Assembly (NCBI GenBank): GCA_000165425.1
Contig: CT868207.1
Location: forward strand, 496,001-560,000
Source of the DNA: Paramecium tetraurelia
Taxonomy: Eukaryota
DNA: 64,000 bases
Reading direction: 5' to 3'
Shown here: positions 53,001 through 64,000 of the stretch, piece after piece
Position numbering within the stretch: position 1 is the stretch's first letter
How the letters are laid out: the number at the start of each line of letters is the position of its first letter
Translations under genes and position numbers: made by a program
Notes under the pieces: model-generated
The model's input: the letters and a program-made list of their open reading frames with translations, nothing else
The model's database searches: none
What the model was told of the DNA's origin: nothing

Positions 53001-55578
53001 GGTATTAGATTAAAATTTGGATTTGAGTTTACAAATTAACTATACTGCCACTACAAGTTGCATCAGATTAATTGCTAAACACACCCAGATCAATAAATGC
53101 AAATCAGCATTCAAGTCATTAACATATCCAGATATCGCAACTTATGGACAACATAATTCATTGTTATTTTACAGAATCATAATTGAATAGTTTTAGAATC
53201 ACAATATAAAGTACTTCAACTCTTGCATATTTGCTTACTTTATTTCATAATTGATCTAAATAACCTCCACAATGGATGTAAACTAAGAAATCTTATAAAA
53301 TTTTGGACTTTTCTCATTGGAATAATGGTGGGTAATAATGTATATTTTATCTACTTATTATTTCACAAGTGAGTACATAAAATTATTCAAAGAGTAAGTG
53401 AATAAGTTCTCCCCTTAGATTAAATTACATATATCAACAGCTCTTGCTGAATCATTATTTTATAGAACATAAAGACACCAAAAACTCTTATAGATTAAAT
53501 TGAATCAAAAGCTAACCTAACTTCAAACACCAAATTTAGAATCTTGCATCAAGAAAGTAGGCTTTTCTTTGAGAGGACAAATAAAACCAATTAAAATTAA
53601 GCTTTCTCTTCTTAGAATATTAGAATTAGTTGAAGATTTACAAGCCTAGTTGTCTAATTACTTAATTCAAAGTGATTTGAATGCCAAATAAGCAGACTAA
53701 TTGAAGAGTTTGATTGTTCACATTTCTAAATTCTCTAATGTTTTTGCTCATTCAAAATTAAAAGCTTTGAGTGAAAGAGTCAGAACTTCTTTAATTCATT
53801 CAATGAAAATAGAAACATTGGTTCCTCTGATCAAGAATTGTATATCCATTAAAAGTGTGTCCCATATCCTTTTACAAGCCTTTAATGACATATTAAGATT
53901 AGACTTAATAAAGATTTAAAAATAACAAATACAATTAATAAGAGATTTAATTTCTTAGATTATTATTGAAATTAGCTTACCAACACCCAATTTATCAACA
54001 GAAATGCTGCTATTACTAAATTATTTGTACTCAATATAATTTATTCAGAAACAATTATAATAACAAGGATAAGAAATCATGTCAGTATTGATCAAATTAT
54101 TGGATTCTTAAAATGAATAAGATTAGTCTTTAATCTTAAATTTGTACTCATTGCTTTCATAGATAGATTCATATCCATATTTAAATGATTTAAATCAAGT
54201 TTTTAATATGCTTATCACTCTATTATGCAAGGAAGAGAATATTAAAAAATTAGATAACAATTAATTTACTTATAATACCGAATAGATCATTCACAAAGTT
54301 TCTAATAAACTTATTTTGTTGAATACATCTTATGCCTTAATCAAATCATTCAAAGGATTGATAAGCAAATAGCATTTGACAGATATTTCAGTGCTATATT
54401 TGATAGAAAGTGATAAGCAAGGCTTCTAATGCATTTTGGATAACATTGAAAACAGAGTTCATCTGGATGTGTACATAAATAGCATTTTAAATTAAGCAAG
54501 AAAACTAAAACCATTCGTCGTGTTTAATTGTGTAGAGTACATTGCATAATTAATATCAAAATGTGAATCAGAGTTGGTATCAGAATAGTTGATGCAATTA
54601 AATAAAGAAGTTTAATCTATTTTTGATTATTCTAGAGAATAATATATTGATTCTGAATTAAAGAATGGAATATTCGAGGCTGATAAATTGGAATATCAAA
54701 TAAATCAAGTGTATATTGAAATTGTTATGAAAATTAATGATGTTTCATTTAAGAAATTATATAGTAATTTGATTGCATGGTCTAGAAAATAAATATAAGA
54801 GGTTGGATATAATTTCAATAAATATAGAAGAATCTAATTTTTCAGATTATCCACTTAGACTAGTGATAAGTTGGGTAAGTATTTCACTAAATATTATTCT
54901 TACATTTGGGATGCCATCGTAAATGAATTGCAAACATTCCATAATATATTTTATGAGACACCTAAATAAACAAGTATATATTTCATCTATAAATTTAGAA
55001 CTTTAAAAAAGAACAAATGATGAATGCGATATGTATTATAGGTTAGAACTTCTATTAAACAGACATATTTTGTAATCAATATCTTCATTGTGTCAAAACG
55101 ATTGTGAGTAATTTGTTGACACAGAGAAATTTGAAAAATTAAGTGATCCTTTAGCATTAACATTGGATTGTCCTAAGGTTTAACAATATGAATCAATTCT
55201 ATAATATATTGACGAGTGGATCACTCCAACTATTTTAGCCTTATTCTAATTAATTAATGATGACTATAAATGGAAGGATCTCCATTTAAAAATATTATAA
55301 GTGATAAGCAGACATTCCAATAAAAAGAATGAAACAAGTTCTTTTATCATAATTGCAATTATTAAATTAATTCACAGATTGATAGATTAATTAGATGAAA
55401 GATATTTAGTATTGATGAATGATTTGATTCCATATTTGCATCAATTAACATCAACTAATTTAAATTCAGAAGAGGTACATTTTATGTCATATTAATTTAG
55501 TTGGAAAAAAGAGTTAAACAATTAATTGTTAGATTATCATAATTAAGTGGGGAAGATATAGTAACAGCTCTAAAATGA
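50073..55578 (+). CDS. UTP10: UTP10/HEATR1 (U3 snoRNP SSU-processome HEAT protein)
   Basis: N-terminal MAQSLSSQL...ASLLY...DLDTIYYQGCKG...DTRF and MEYLLRNYRVHEY. C-terminal LDERYLVLMNDLIPYL...LSGEDI. Confidence 0.88.
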
Positions 55579-55862
55579 TATAATCATTATATTTTGTTTA
55601 TAAATGCATTTTATTATCATATTATAATCATATAATTGTAGATGAAGAACAAGAAAAAATTAAGTTATTTAATAAATATGTAGAAAATTAACAAAATGAA
55701 ATTCTTGATAATAAAACTTTAGTATTTAATATGAATAAAAAATACTTTCATACAAAGATATTATGAAAATCAAAGATTTTAATAGTTTAAACTATTCGCC
55801 TATTCATAATAGATTAATTAAATAAATTATAAACTTGAATAAATGCTTAGTTACAATAATAT

Positions 55863-58800
55863 TCATTCTAATTGTTCAATCACTTTGTTTTAATACATTA
55901 TTAACTATAACTCAGGTAATAACTCGAATAAACATTGATTTGTCTCATAACTATTGTATATGAACAATAAATACTTTTATAACACTCTTTGTGATTCTTC
56001 ATTTAACAATTTAAAACTCACCCATAATGTTGTTTACTTATCTTTCTCTTAATTTTTAATTTGATTTTCTAACTCTTAGAATGTATGACGAACCTTTTAA
56101 AACTTTTTAGCTCTTAAAAATCTAATAAGGAATAGTAAAATCTTATATACCTATATTTTATATTAGATTTTTCCTTTTCCCATTTATTTTTTAATTCTTC
56201 GCTACCTTCACTATACTTTAAGACATGTTCTTTCTAAAATATTCCTAGTTCGATTGACATTTCAGTAAATCTTGGTAAGGTCAGCATTTTGTCTCCATTT
56301 TCATCTTAAAAATCTGCGTTATTTGTAAAAATTTAGAGCAATTAAGTTTTTGATAATTTATCTTAATGAAGGGCCCTATGAAGTGTTTTAAACTATTTAT
56401 TAATTATGCTATACTTCTGAAAACTCAATTAATTTGTTTCCATCTAAATCTGCGGCATTGAATAAAGACTCTAACGTTGTTTATTAATCTTTTTTGTTAC
56501 TATAATAGCATTCCAATATTTTTAATAACAAACTATCATGATTGATATAGTATCTTTAATTATTTTATTATTAATTTCGATATTAATGTAACATCTATTA
56601 GATTTGTTATTAAGATAGCCATCTTTATGATTTTTCACTTAAAAATTCACTTACTTATTCATAATTTAATAGTAATTCTACTTTTCCATAATTTAAGTCA
56701 TTTTTTTATGAAAAGAATTGATAACTTTCAGTCAATAGTTTTTAACCTATTTCATCCATTTCCCCAATCAAATAACAAAATTAGGCAAGTAGTTTTACTT
56801 TAATATGACTGTCTTTTTCGTAATAAATAAATTAATAGACCTATTTAATTTTCTTCTCAGCTACTTGTTTAAATCCATATTTATTCTTAAAATAATCATA
56901 AATGCAAACATGAAAAGGAATTTTATACCCCTCTGCTTATTTGCATATGTCACTTAGTATTTATAATACTAATTTTTATAATTACAGAATTGAAAATTAG
57001 ATTTTTTTATTCTATTTCTTTCTTGATTTTAAGTCATTCAGTAAGTTATTAGCAACATCTGTGTTTTAACTGTAGATTCTACGAAATCTCTTTTGATTTT
57101 TAGGTTCAAGGACAATCAGATTATACTTATTCTTTATTTTAGGTTTTTAATCCTTATATTGATTTACTACTTATTTTATCCTTTCCCCTTGTGGATTATT
57201 CTAAATAATTTAAGATGATTCAAGGTCTAAGTCTTCAGAAAGAGATTCATCATTTTGAGTCATAGTTATGCTTTTTTCTTAATTATGTACTTTTGAATTT
57301 CTTTTTTTAGAGAATTAGGGATTTTAATTGATTGAATAATTTTAATCTTTTTATTCTTTATTCTAAACTTAAAGTTATTATTCTCCTTAATTTAGATCGT
57401 TACTTGAATTTTTCTCATTTGTTCTTTCTTTTTCTTATTTTTAAATATTTGAATTTGAATAATGCTATTTTTCCTGGGAGGAAACTTATTTCTTTTGTTA
57501 ATTTTACTTTGAGTTTGATTATGATTATTACTAGGTGTCTTGTTTAGTATGTTAAGAAAATGACTTTTCAGGTTTTTCATTTTATTTCATTTGTGAAGAC
57601 GAATTTTAGTAATTATTTTTTTCGATGTTTTTCTTATCAACAGAATTTTAATTTTATTCATTTATCTATGATTTTTTATCTATTTCTGTTTTGTTTAATT
57701 AATTTTTCGATATAAGTGGAGGAACATTTTTCTACTTTTTATTCTTATCATTATTTTGTGGATTTGATAATTAATTTTTTTAGTTTTTATTGGTGGTTTT
57801 ATCATTATTTTAATTAATTTTGATTTAATCTACTGCTTATAGCTCATCATTCTATTGACTAGTCTAAGTATTTTAACGAAGAGATTGATCCAAATTATTT
57901 TGGTATTAATTAAATTATTATTAACTTCCTGTTTCAAAATCTAATTATTATTATTATTAATTACCTTCATTATTTCTAATTTGATTATTATTCTATTATA
58001 TTTTATTTTCTTATTCATTTTCTTAAATTTTGGTTCTATCTGTAAATTAATATTCCAATTCATCTTATTCATCTATTTTGATATCATCATTATCTTAATC
58101 TAAATTCTGAGATTGCTCAAATTCCTGGAAATTTTCTTGTGATTCTTCTTAATCTTTCTGTTACGACATATCCATTTCATCATTAAATTCAGGTAAATTT
58201 ATTTGTATATTATATGAGGATGATACCTAATTCAATGTATCCAGTAATGTGGATTTCTATTTTAATAATGTATTAATTTGCTTCTTTTTTTTTTTTATGA
58301 TATCAATAAAATCAGCAACTGCTTAACTTAATTTAGATTCTAATTCTTGATTGAAATCTTCCTTTTCCAATAATTCTATTTTGTATCTGGTGTCTTCTCT
58401 TTCTAAAGTAGCAATTCGTTACGATAACTATTAACTTTGAGAGATAGATTGATTAAGAATTTCACAAATCAATTGCTTTGAATCTATTGATGAATCTTAT
58501 ATAAGTTGTAAGGCTTATTGTATTTGAGCTTCTAGCAAATTCTATTTTTAGTCTGACTATTAATTTTCTCTTTATGAGGAATTTTCATGATTTTCTATCT
58601 CTTAATTAAGTTATTCCTTTTATTATTCTAAATTTTGAATTTACACTTCTTGTTCTTATAATTTCTATTCCTGGACCTCCAAAGCCATCATATCCAAGTC
58701 TGTTTAAATTTCTTCCTATTGATACTCTATGTCTGCTTGTACTTCCTAATCATTATATTCAATATCTGGTTCTAAGATTTATTAATCTATTAATTCAGAT

Positions 58801-60068
58801 TTCAACTATAATTCTTACTGTCTTAGTTACTCAAACTTTTCAAAATTAGTATTCTTGACTCTACTCTTTTTGAATTTATATTCAGTGTTAGTTTCTTTAA
58901 AGTTTAATAGATGTGATACAATACTCTACCCTTGGGATAGATTAACATTGATTGTTTAATTTTCTTATTTTTTATCGCTTTAATCTTAAGTTCTCAGTAA
59001 CATTATTTATAAAAGGAGAGAATCTATTTCCTTTTTTTGGGCTTCATTAGTTTACAATAATTGTCTCATATCGGCTGTTAATAACAACATTTTGGCCTTT
59101 GTCAAATTGAGTTCATCTACTGAATCAGAAGACTCATTTCTTATTTTTTAGATTTGATCCTAGTATTCCTAATACTTAACCTTTTAGGTTTCCATTTGAG
59201 TATCGTGGAATGCCTAAATTCTTTACATCTATTCAAGATATGACTTCTCTGATTCCTTGGATTATTCTGAGTAGCATTTAATTATTTAGCCGATCAATTC
59301 GACATAAAAATCCCAAACTACTTATAGCAATTCTCCTCTTTCAGTACACTCAATACTAACTTACCTATTTAATGATTATCAATTACTTAATCAATTCTCT
59401 TAAACAAGAGGCATAGATCAATTGTATTCTCTCAGCTAATTCTCTTGTATTTATATTGGGGGACTCTTGCTTGGTAAATGTGATCATCATAAAAAGCCAT
59501 TCCTTTAAGTCTATGGCCTGTTGTCTATTTGGAGGAACCATTTCTTTTTCTGAATGGCTTTGTTGCATTTCGAGTTTTAAAATTTCGGAGAAGTATCTCT
59601 AAAGTCCTGTTGCTTTTTTGTTATCTGATAAAATTTCAGTGAAATCTAATAAGCGACCTGAGAAAGGCTCTTTTTCCAAATTTGTGTTGAAGGGTAATCT
59701 GGAAGAAGATTTCCGATACAGAGTACTATAAAATGATTACATGTTCTTATCATATTTCTACGATAGATGAAACATATTACAGTTTATTAGAGTTCAGGAT
59801 CCTTATAAATGCTGGTTCCAAGCTTGGCAAAATTCCGCTTAGTTGATTTTAGATATGACACATCAGAAGAAGGCACTAATTTTGATAAATTAAGTGCGTT
59901 TGAAGCTTTTGGTAAAACTTGAATTTTAACAGAGTTTTGTATAGATGTGTTAATTAATTGATCCCATTCAATAGATGAGTTAGAAGATTAAATTTTCTGT
60001 TTGTATTTTGATTCTAAATGATGAGTTGAATGTGATTAATGAATTTCTGGTAAATAATTTTTATGCAT
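55863..60068 (-). CDS. Large protein with an axonemal dynein light-chain (p28/AXDND1-like) domain, coiled coils and C-terminal EF-hand-like region
   Basis: PPNRQQAIDLKEWL...IQLIYASCLRELIKQVSIECTERGELLQVVWDFYVEL, then IYDYFKNKYGFKQVAEKK and LFNAADLDGNKLIEFSEF. Confidence 0.72.
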
Positions 60069-60151
60069 AATAATAAGAAATTGATGTAAAATAACATCTT
60101 AAATAAGAATCATAAATATTTTAGATTTGATAGTAATTTTTTTATTAATTA

Positions 60152-61799
60152 ATGGGAAGCTGTGGAGGAAAATCTGAAAACAAGCAACAATAAATGAGCA
60201 AAGAATAAAAATGTAAAAATGATCTTAATTTCAAAATAGCTCTTGCTATCAGTAAATTCGAAGTTGGTCCTGACATCTTCATTAACTTAAAGACAGGAGA
60301 TATCACAGACAATTATATCATGAATAAAATCTTAGGAGAAGGTATATTAAATTTTTAGTTTCAAGGTTCGTATGGTCAAGTAAGATTGGTCTAACATAAG
60401 AAATCTGGCCAATAAAGAGCTATGAAACAGATTTCAAAGAAAAAAATACTCAAAGAATAAGAGGAGGCTATGTTTAGTGAGGTTTCTTTACTAAAAAACA
60501 TGGATTACCCTAACATTGTCAAATTATTTGAGCTGTACCAAGACAGTCAAAATTACTACCTAGTAACAGAATATCTGAATGGGGGAGAACTACTTGAAAA
60601 GTTGACCAAATTACAAACATTTAATGAAAGAATGGCAGCGGAATACATGAAGTAAGTTTTATCAGCCCTTGCCTATTGTCATGCTTAGAATATCATCCAT
60701 CGGTAATTAACTATTCAATTAGTTTAGCGATATGAAGCCGTCCAATATTATGTTAGCCTCTACAGACCCACAATCCAAGATCAAAGTTATAGATTTCGGA
60801 ACTGCTAAAAGATTTGTTAATGGTCAAACCTAGACTTAAGTAATAGGAACTGTAATTTTAATGGTTATACTTAATTTAGCCGTTATATCTTGCTCCGGAG
60901 GTGATTGATAAAAATTACACAGAAAAATGTGATATTTGGTCTTGTGGAGTAATCTTATATCAAATCTTAACTGGGAAATTTCCATTTGAGTCTAAAGTTT
61001 CTAATTTACAGCAACTTTTCAGCAACATTAAATCTGGAAAATATAATTTTACATCTAAGGAATTTACTACATTATCATACGAGGCTTAAGAATTGATAAA
61101 ATCAATGTTGCAATTCGATCCTAACAAAAGACCCTCGGCTTAAAAGATTTTAGACGATCCATGGATAAAAGAGAAGGCTCGGGAAGAGAAGATTAGTGTA
61201 GATGTCTTGAATGAATTGGGCAAATTCAGAGTAATACTTATAATTTAACTTATAGAATGAAAGCAATATGAGAGCAGCCATTTTATAGTTGATTGCAGGT
61301 TCAGTTATGTCTAATGAGGAGAAAGATTAACTTACATCTACATTCTAAAGCATGGATAAAAACAAGGATGGATAATTATCAAAAGAAGAATTAGTATTAG
61401 GTATTAAATTTTAATTATTCAATAGCATACACAAAGGTATTTAATGATGAATTAAAGGCCAAGCATTTAGTTAATTAAATCTTTGATTAAATAGATCAAA
61501 ATAACTCTGGAAAAATAAGTTACACTGAATTCCTAGTAGCTTCTGCTAAACAAAATATTATTCTTTCTAAAACTAAAATTGATTAGGCTTTTAAATTGTT
61601 TGATAAGGTAATATCTGTTTAAAATTGATAGGATGGGAATGGAGTCATTTCGAAAGCAGAGATCTAAGAGATCATGTGTGGAATTAATATTGACAATGCT
61701 GAATGGAGTCAGATTATTTAATAATGTGATAAAAATAATGATGGAAATATCTAATATGAAGAATTTTCTTCTATGTTATTGGCAGTAGCCAAAATTTGA
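60152..61799 (+). CDS. CDPK: Calcium-dependent protein kinase (kinase plus 4 EF hands), predicted N-myristoylation/palmitoylation motif
   Basis: MGSCGGK, LGEGSYGQV, HRDMKPSN, DFG, YLAPE, and EF hands [50 protein letters not shown]. Confidence 0.97.
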
Positions 61800-61829
61800 A
61801 GATCAATTAAATCTATATTAATTTATATT

Positions 61830-62081
61830 TCATTTAATCAATTTTTTCTGAATCTCTTTTATTTTCATATACTACAATATGTTTAAACAATTATCCTTGT
61901 CTTTTTTGAACTAATCGCAAACCATTTGTTCATCAAAATTTTGTTTCAAACATTCCAAATATTTCCTCTAAATTGGTCGACATGAAGTTCTCTAAATTTT
62001 ATTTAATACATTGTAGTCATCTTCTTTTCCTGCTTACCACCACTCTTATTCTTAATCCTTAAGAATTTAATCAATACTCAT
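61830..62081 (-). CDS. Twin CX9C (CHCH) protein, 83 aa, likely mitochondrial intermembrane space
   Basis: C-RPIQRKYLE-C-LKQNFDEQMV-C-DQFKKDKDN-C in an intronless ORF. Confidence 0.8.
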
Positions 62082-62093
62082 TAATTTTTATTA

Positions 62094-63505
62094 ATGTTAT
62101 TTTTCTTATCAGTCGTAATAATAAATGGTTTGTAATTGAAACTCCAACCCTTTGATTATTAAAAGGGAGAAATAACTGATACAGCGTATTCAGTAAATTA
62201 AATAGGTATTAATATAGGTTTCATTGCAAATTGCTGGCTCAAACTATTAAATGGTAATTGACAATATTAATCCTTATTCCTGGATATATTCCAAGAATCC
62301 TTCCAATAACAATTAATGTAACAATTGCCCATAAACTGTCTAATAATTCGATTGTAAAGAAACACAAGGTTGTGAAAAGCTTTAGAATTCTGAACCAATT
62401 ACATTATCAAATACAAATAAATGCATCTTAGCTAAAAACGTAAGCAAATTCACTATAAAAATAAGACTGTCATGTTGGATCAACGATCATTTGACAATTT
62501 TTAGATCTGTCTATCCTATGATATTTCTAATTAGTAATATAAATAAAATGGAGTGTTGAGCTTAACAAAATTAACAGAATCACCAAACAAATCAAATCTA
62601 TTTTATTAGTAAGTAAAATTTGAATTAGATTAGAACAACACAGCTTGTAATAAATTTACCAAATCTCAACAAGTTAAGGATAAGAAAGAATCTTCATAAG
62701 CGAATAGAGTGAATATTAACTCAAAAAGACAATTACATATTAAAACCAAGCACAAGATTAATGGAAATTACAGTTCCAATTATTCTCTAAGGAGATTTAA
62801 TTTCTGAAAAAAGAAGACAACCAATTTATTACATTTGATCTAACTACCAAATACAATTATTTTACATAAGACATCGTCAAAAAGATAATAACCTAAATAA
62901 AAAACTATTAGAGTTTAGTATGAAATTGTTCAATTTTAGTTTTGTTCTGTAGAAGACAAGAGACTTATGTGTTTATGTTCAAAGCCTGACTTTGTAGATA
63001 AGATTCCAAAAATTAAAATTGCATTTAATGGGTTACCAAACACATATATTCTCCCTCTGAACCCTAAATTTTTGGAGAATGAATAAAAATGTCAATTAGA
63101 TATATTCCAACATAGCACTTCCTCATTTTTAGGAAACTAATTCTTCTAGTAAATGTTTCTTATCAAACATAGATAAAATGGAGCAATATTCAATTCAAAA
63201 GATAACACAATTCTGATTGGATAATCAAATTAAGACACTGAGGATTCATATTCATTTTCTAATCCTACTTTATATTGCTTATTGGCTAGTTTCTTAATGC
63301 TGTTTGGATTATTATCTTTAATATTCATACTAAAGTAACTCTTAATATAATTTAAAGTAAAATCTCATCAGAGCAATTATCAAAGCCAAAATATGAACAG
63401 CCATAACCAAAACCATTATATGTAGTATCAAACAATTTAAATAAATTTAAACCATATAATTTAGAGCTATCTACAAATCAATAGATGGTTTATTCAAGAA
63501 GATGA
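62094..63505 (+). CDS. Pepsin-fold (A1 aspartic protease-like) type I membrane protein with degenerate catalytic motifs
   Basis: Signal peptide, YSVSLQIAGSNYQMVIDNINPYSWI, ITFDLTTKYNYF, CLC...IPKIKIAF, SFLGNQFF and a C-terminal TM helix. Some exon joins are uncertain. Confidence 0.62.
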
Positions 63506-64000
63506 AATTATCATAAAATTATTTTTATCCTTTAATAATAAACATAATTTTGCTAACAAATATTTCATATCCTAATAATGACTTTGTTATTACTATTCAA
63601 ATTATTATATAAAGGAAGTAGAGAGTTGAAGTTTATCTAGAAATTAAAAGAAATTGAACTTAATCTTTACTCACTATAGCAACGAAAAGAGTTCAAATTA
63701 ACTTCAGGCAATTACTTACAATAATATATAAAGGGCGTTTTCTCTTTACATTATATTTCTTATTTCTATAAAGGATAATATAAATCATTTTTATTTTTTC
63801 AATGTCTTGAGAAGTTTATCCAATCATTCTAAGTTTGAATTGTGAAAACACATTTAATTACATAGAACTACTTATATACAGAGGACAATTTAATTTAACC
63901 TTATAAATTAAAAAAATATATTTTTGTTACTTTAATATTAATTTAACTGAAATAAAAAGAGAAACATGCTCTTAATTATGTATTATATATAATTTTTATT

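Noticed and set aside
63570..63850. Possible ORF at the window end
   Set aside because: AT-rich with no motif, and not distinguishable from a chance open frame.
1..64000. IESs, transposons, telomeric repeats, CRISPR arrays or selenoprotein TGA read-through
   Set aside because: Conserved genes are interrupted only by GT-AG tiny introns. I saw no transposase/RT motifs, telomeric arrays, repeat-spacer arrays or conserved in-frame TGA. Short IESs in non-coding DNA cannot be excluded by eye.

Overview
Eukaryotic, very AT-rich, gene-dense ciliate DNA, most consistent with a Paramecium macronuclear chromosome. TAA/TAG read as Gln, TGA is the only stop, introns are GT-AG and about 22-27 nt, and intergenic gaps can be as short as 12-35 nt. 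The supplied ORF track treats TAA/TAG as stops, so it fragments nearly every gene; I re-translated by hand with the ciliate code. About 31 protein-coding genes are supported. They include a Piwi (Ptiwi-type) Argonaute, a TM RING-H2 ligase, histone H4, RPL26, an A/B-type cyclin, two kinesins, GILT, a Nudix hydrolase and succinyl-CoA ligase alpha. Also present are a divergent Rad21/Rec8-like kleisin, VPS29, a VHS + alpha-adaptin-ear protein, CCDC146, a CSPP1-like protein, Aurora kinase, PKA-R, a TBL2-like WD40 protein and a TALE homeobox. The rest are an LRR protein, a CaaX beta-helix protein, SAM synthetase, SF-assemblin, UTP10, an AXDND1-like protein, CDPK, a twin-CX9C protein and a degenerate pepsin-like protein, plus one tRNA-Asp(GTC). 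I found no transposon, CRISPR, telomere or obvious IES. I do not see a convincing novel multi-gene system; the most notable items are single proteins (kleisin, VHS-ear adaptor, pseudo-protease) and extreme promoter compaction. Coordinates were counted by hand and may be off by a few bases.
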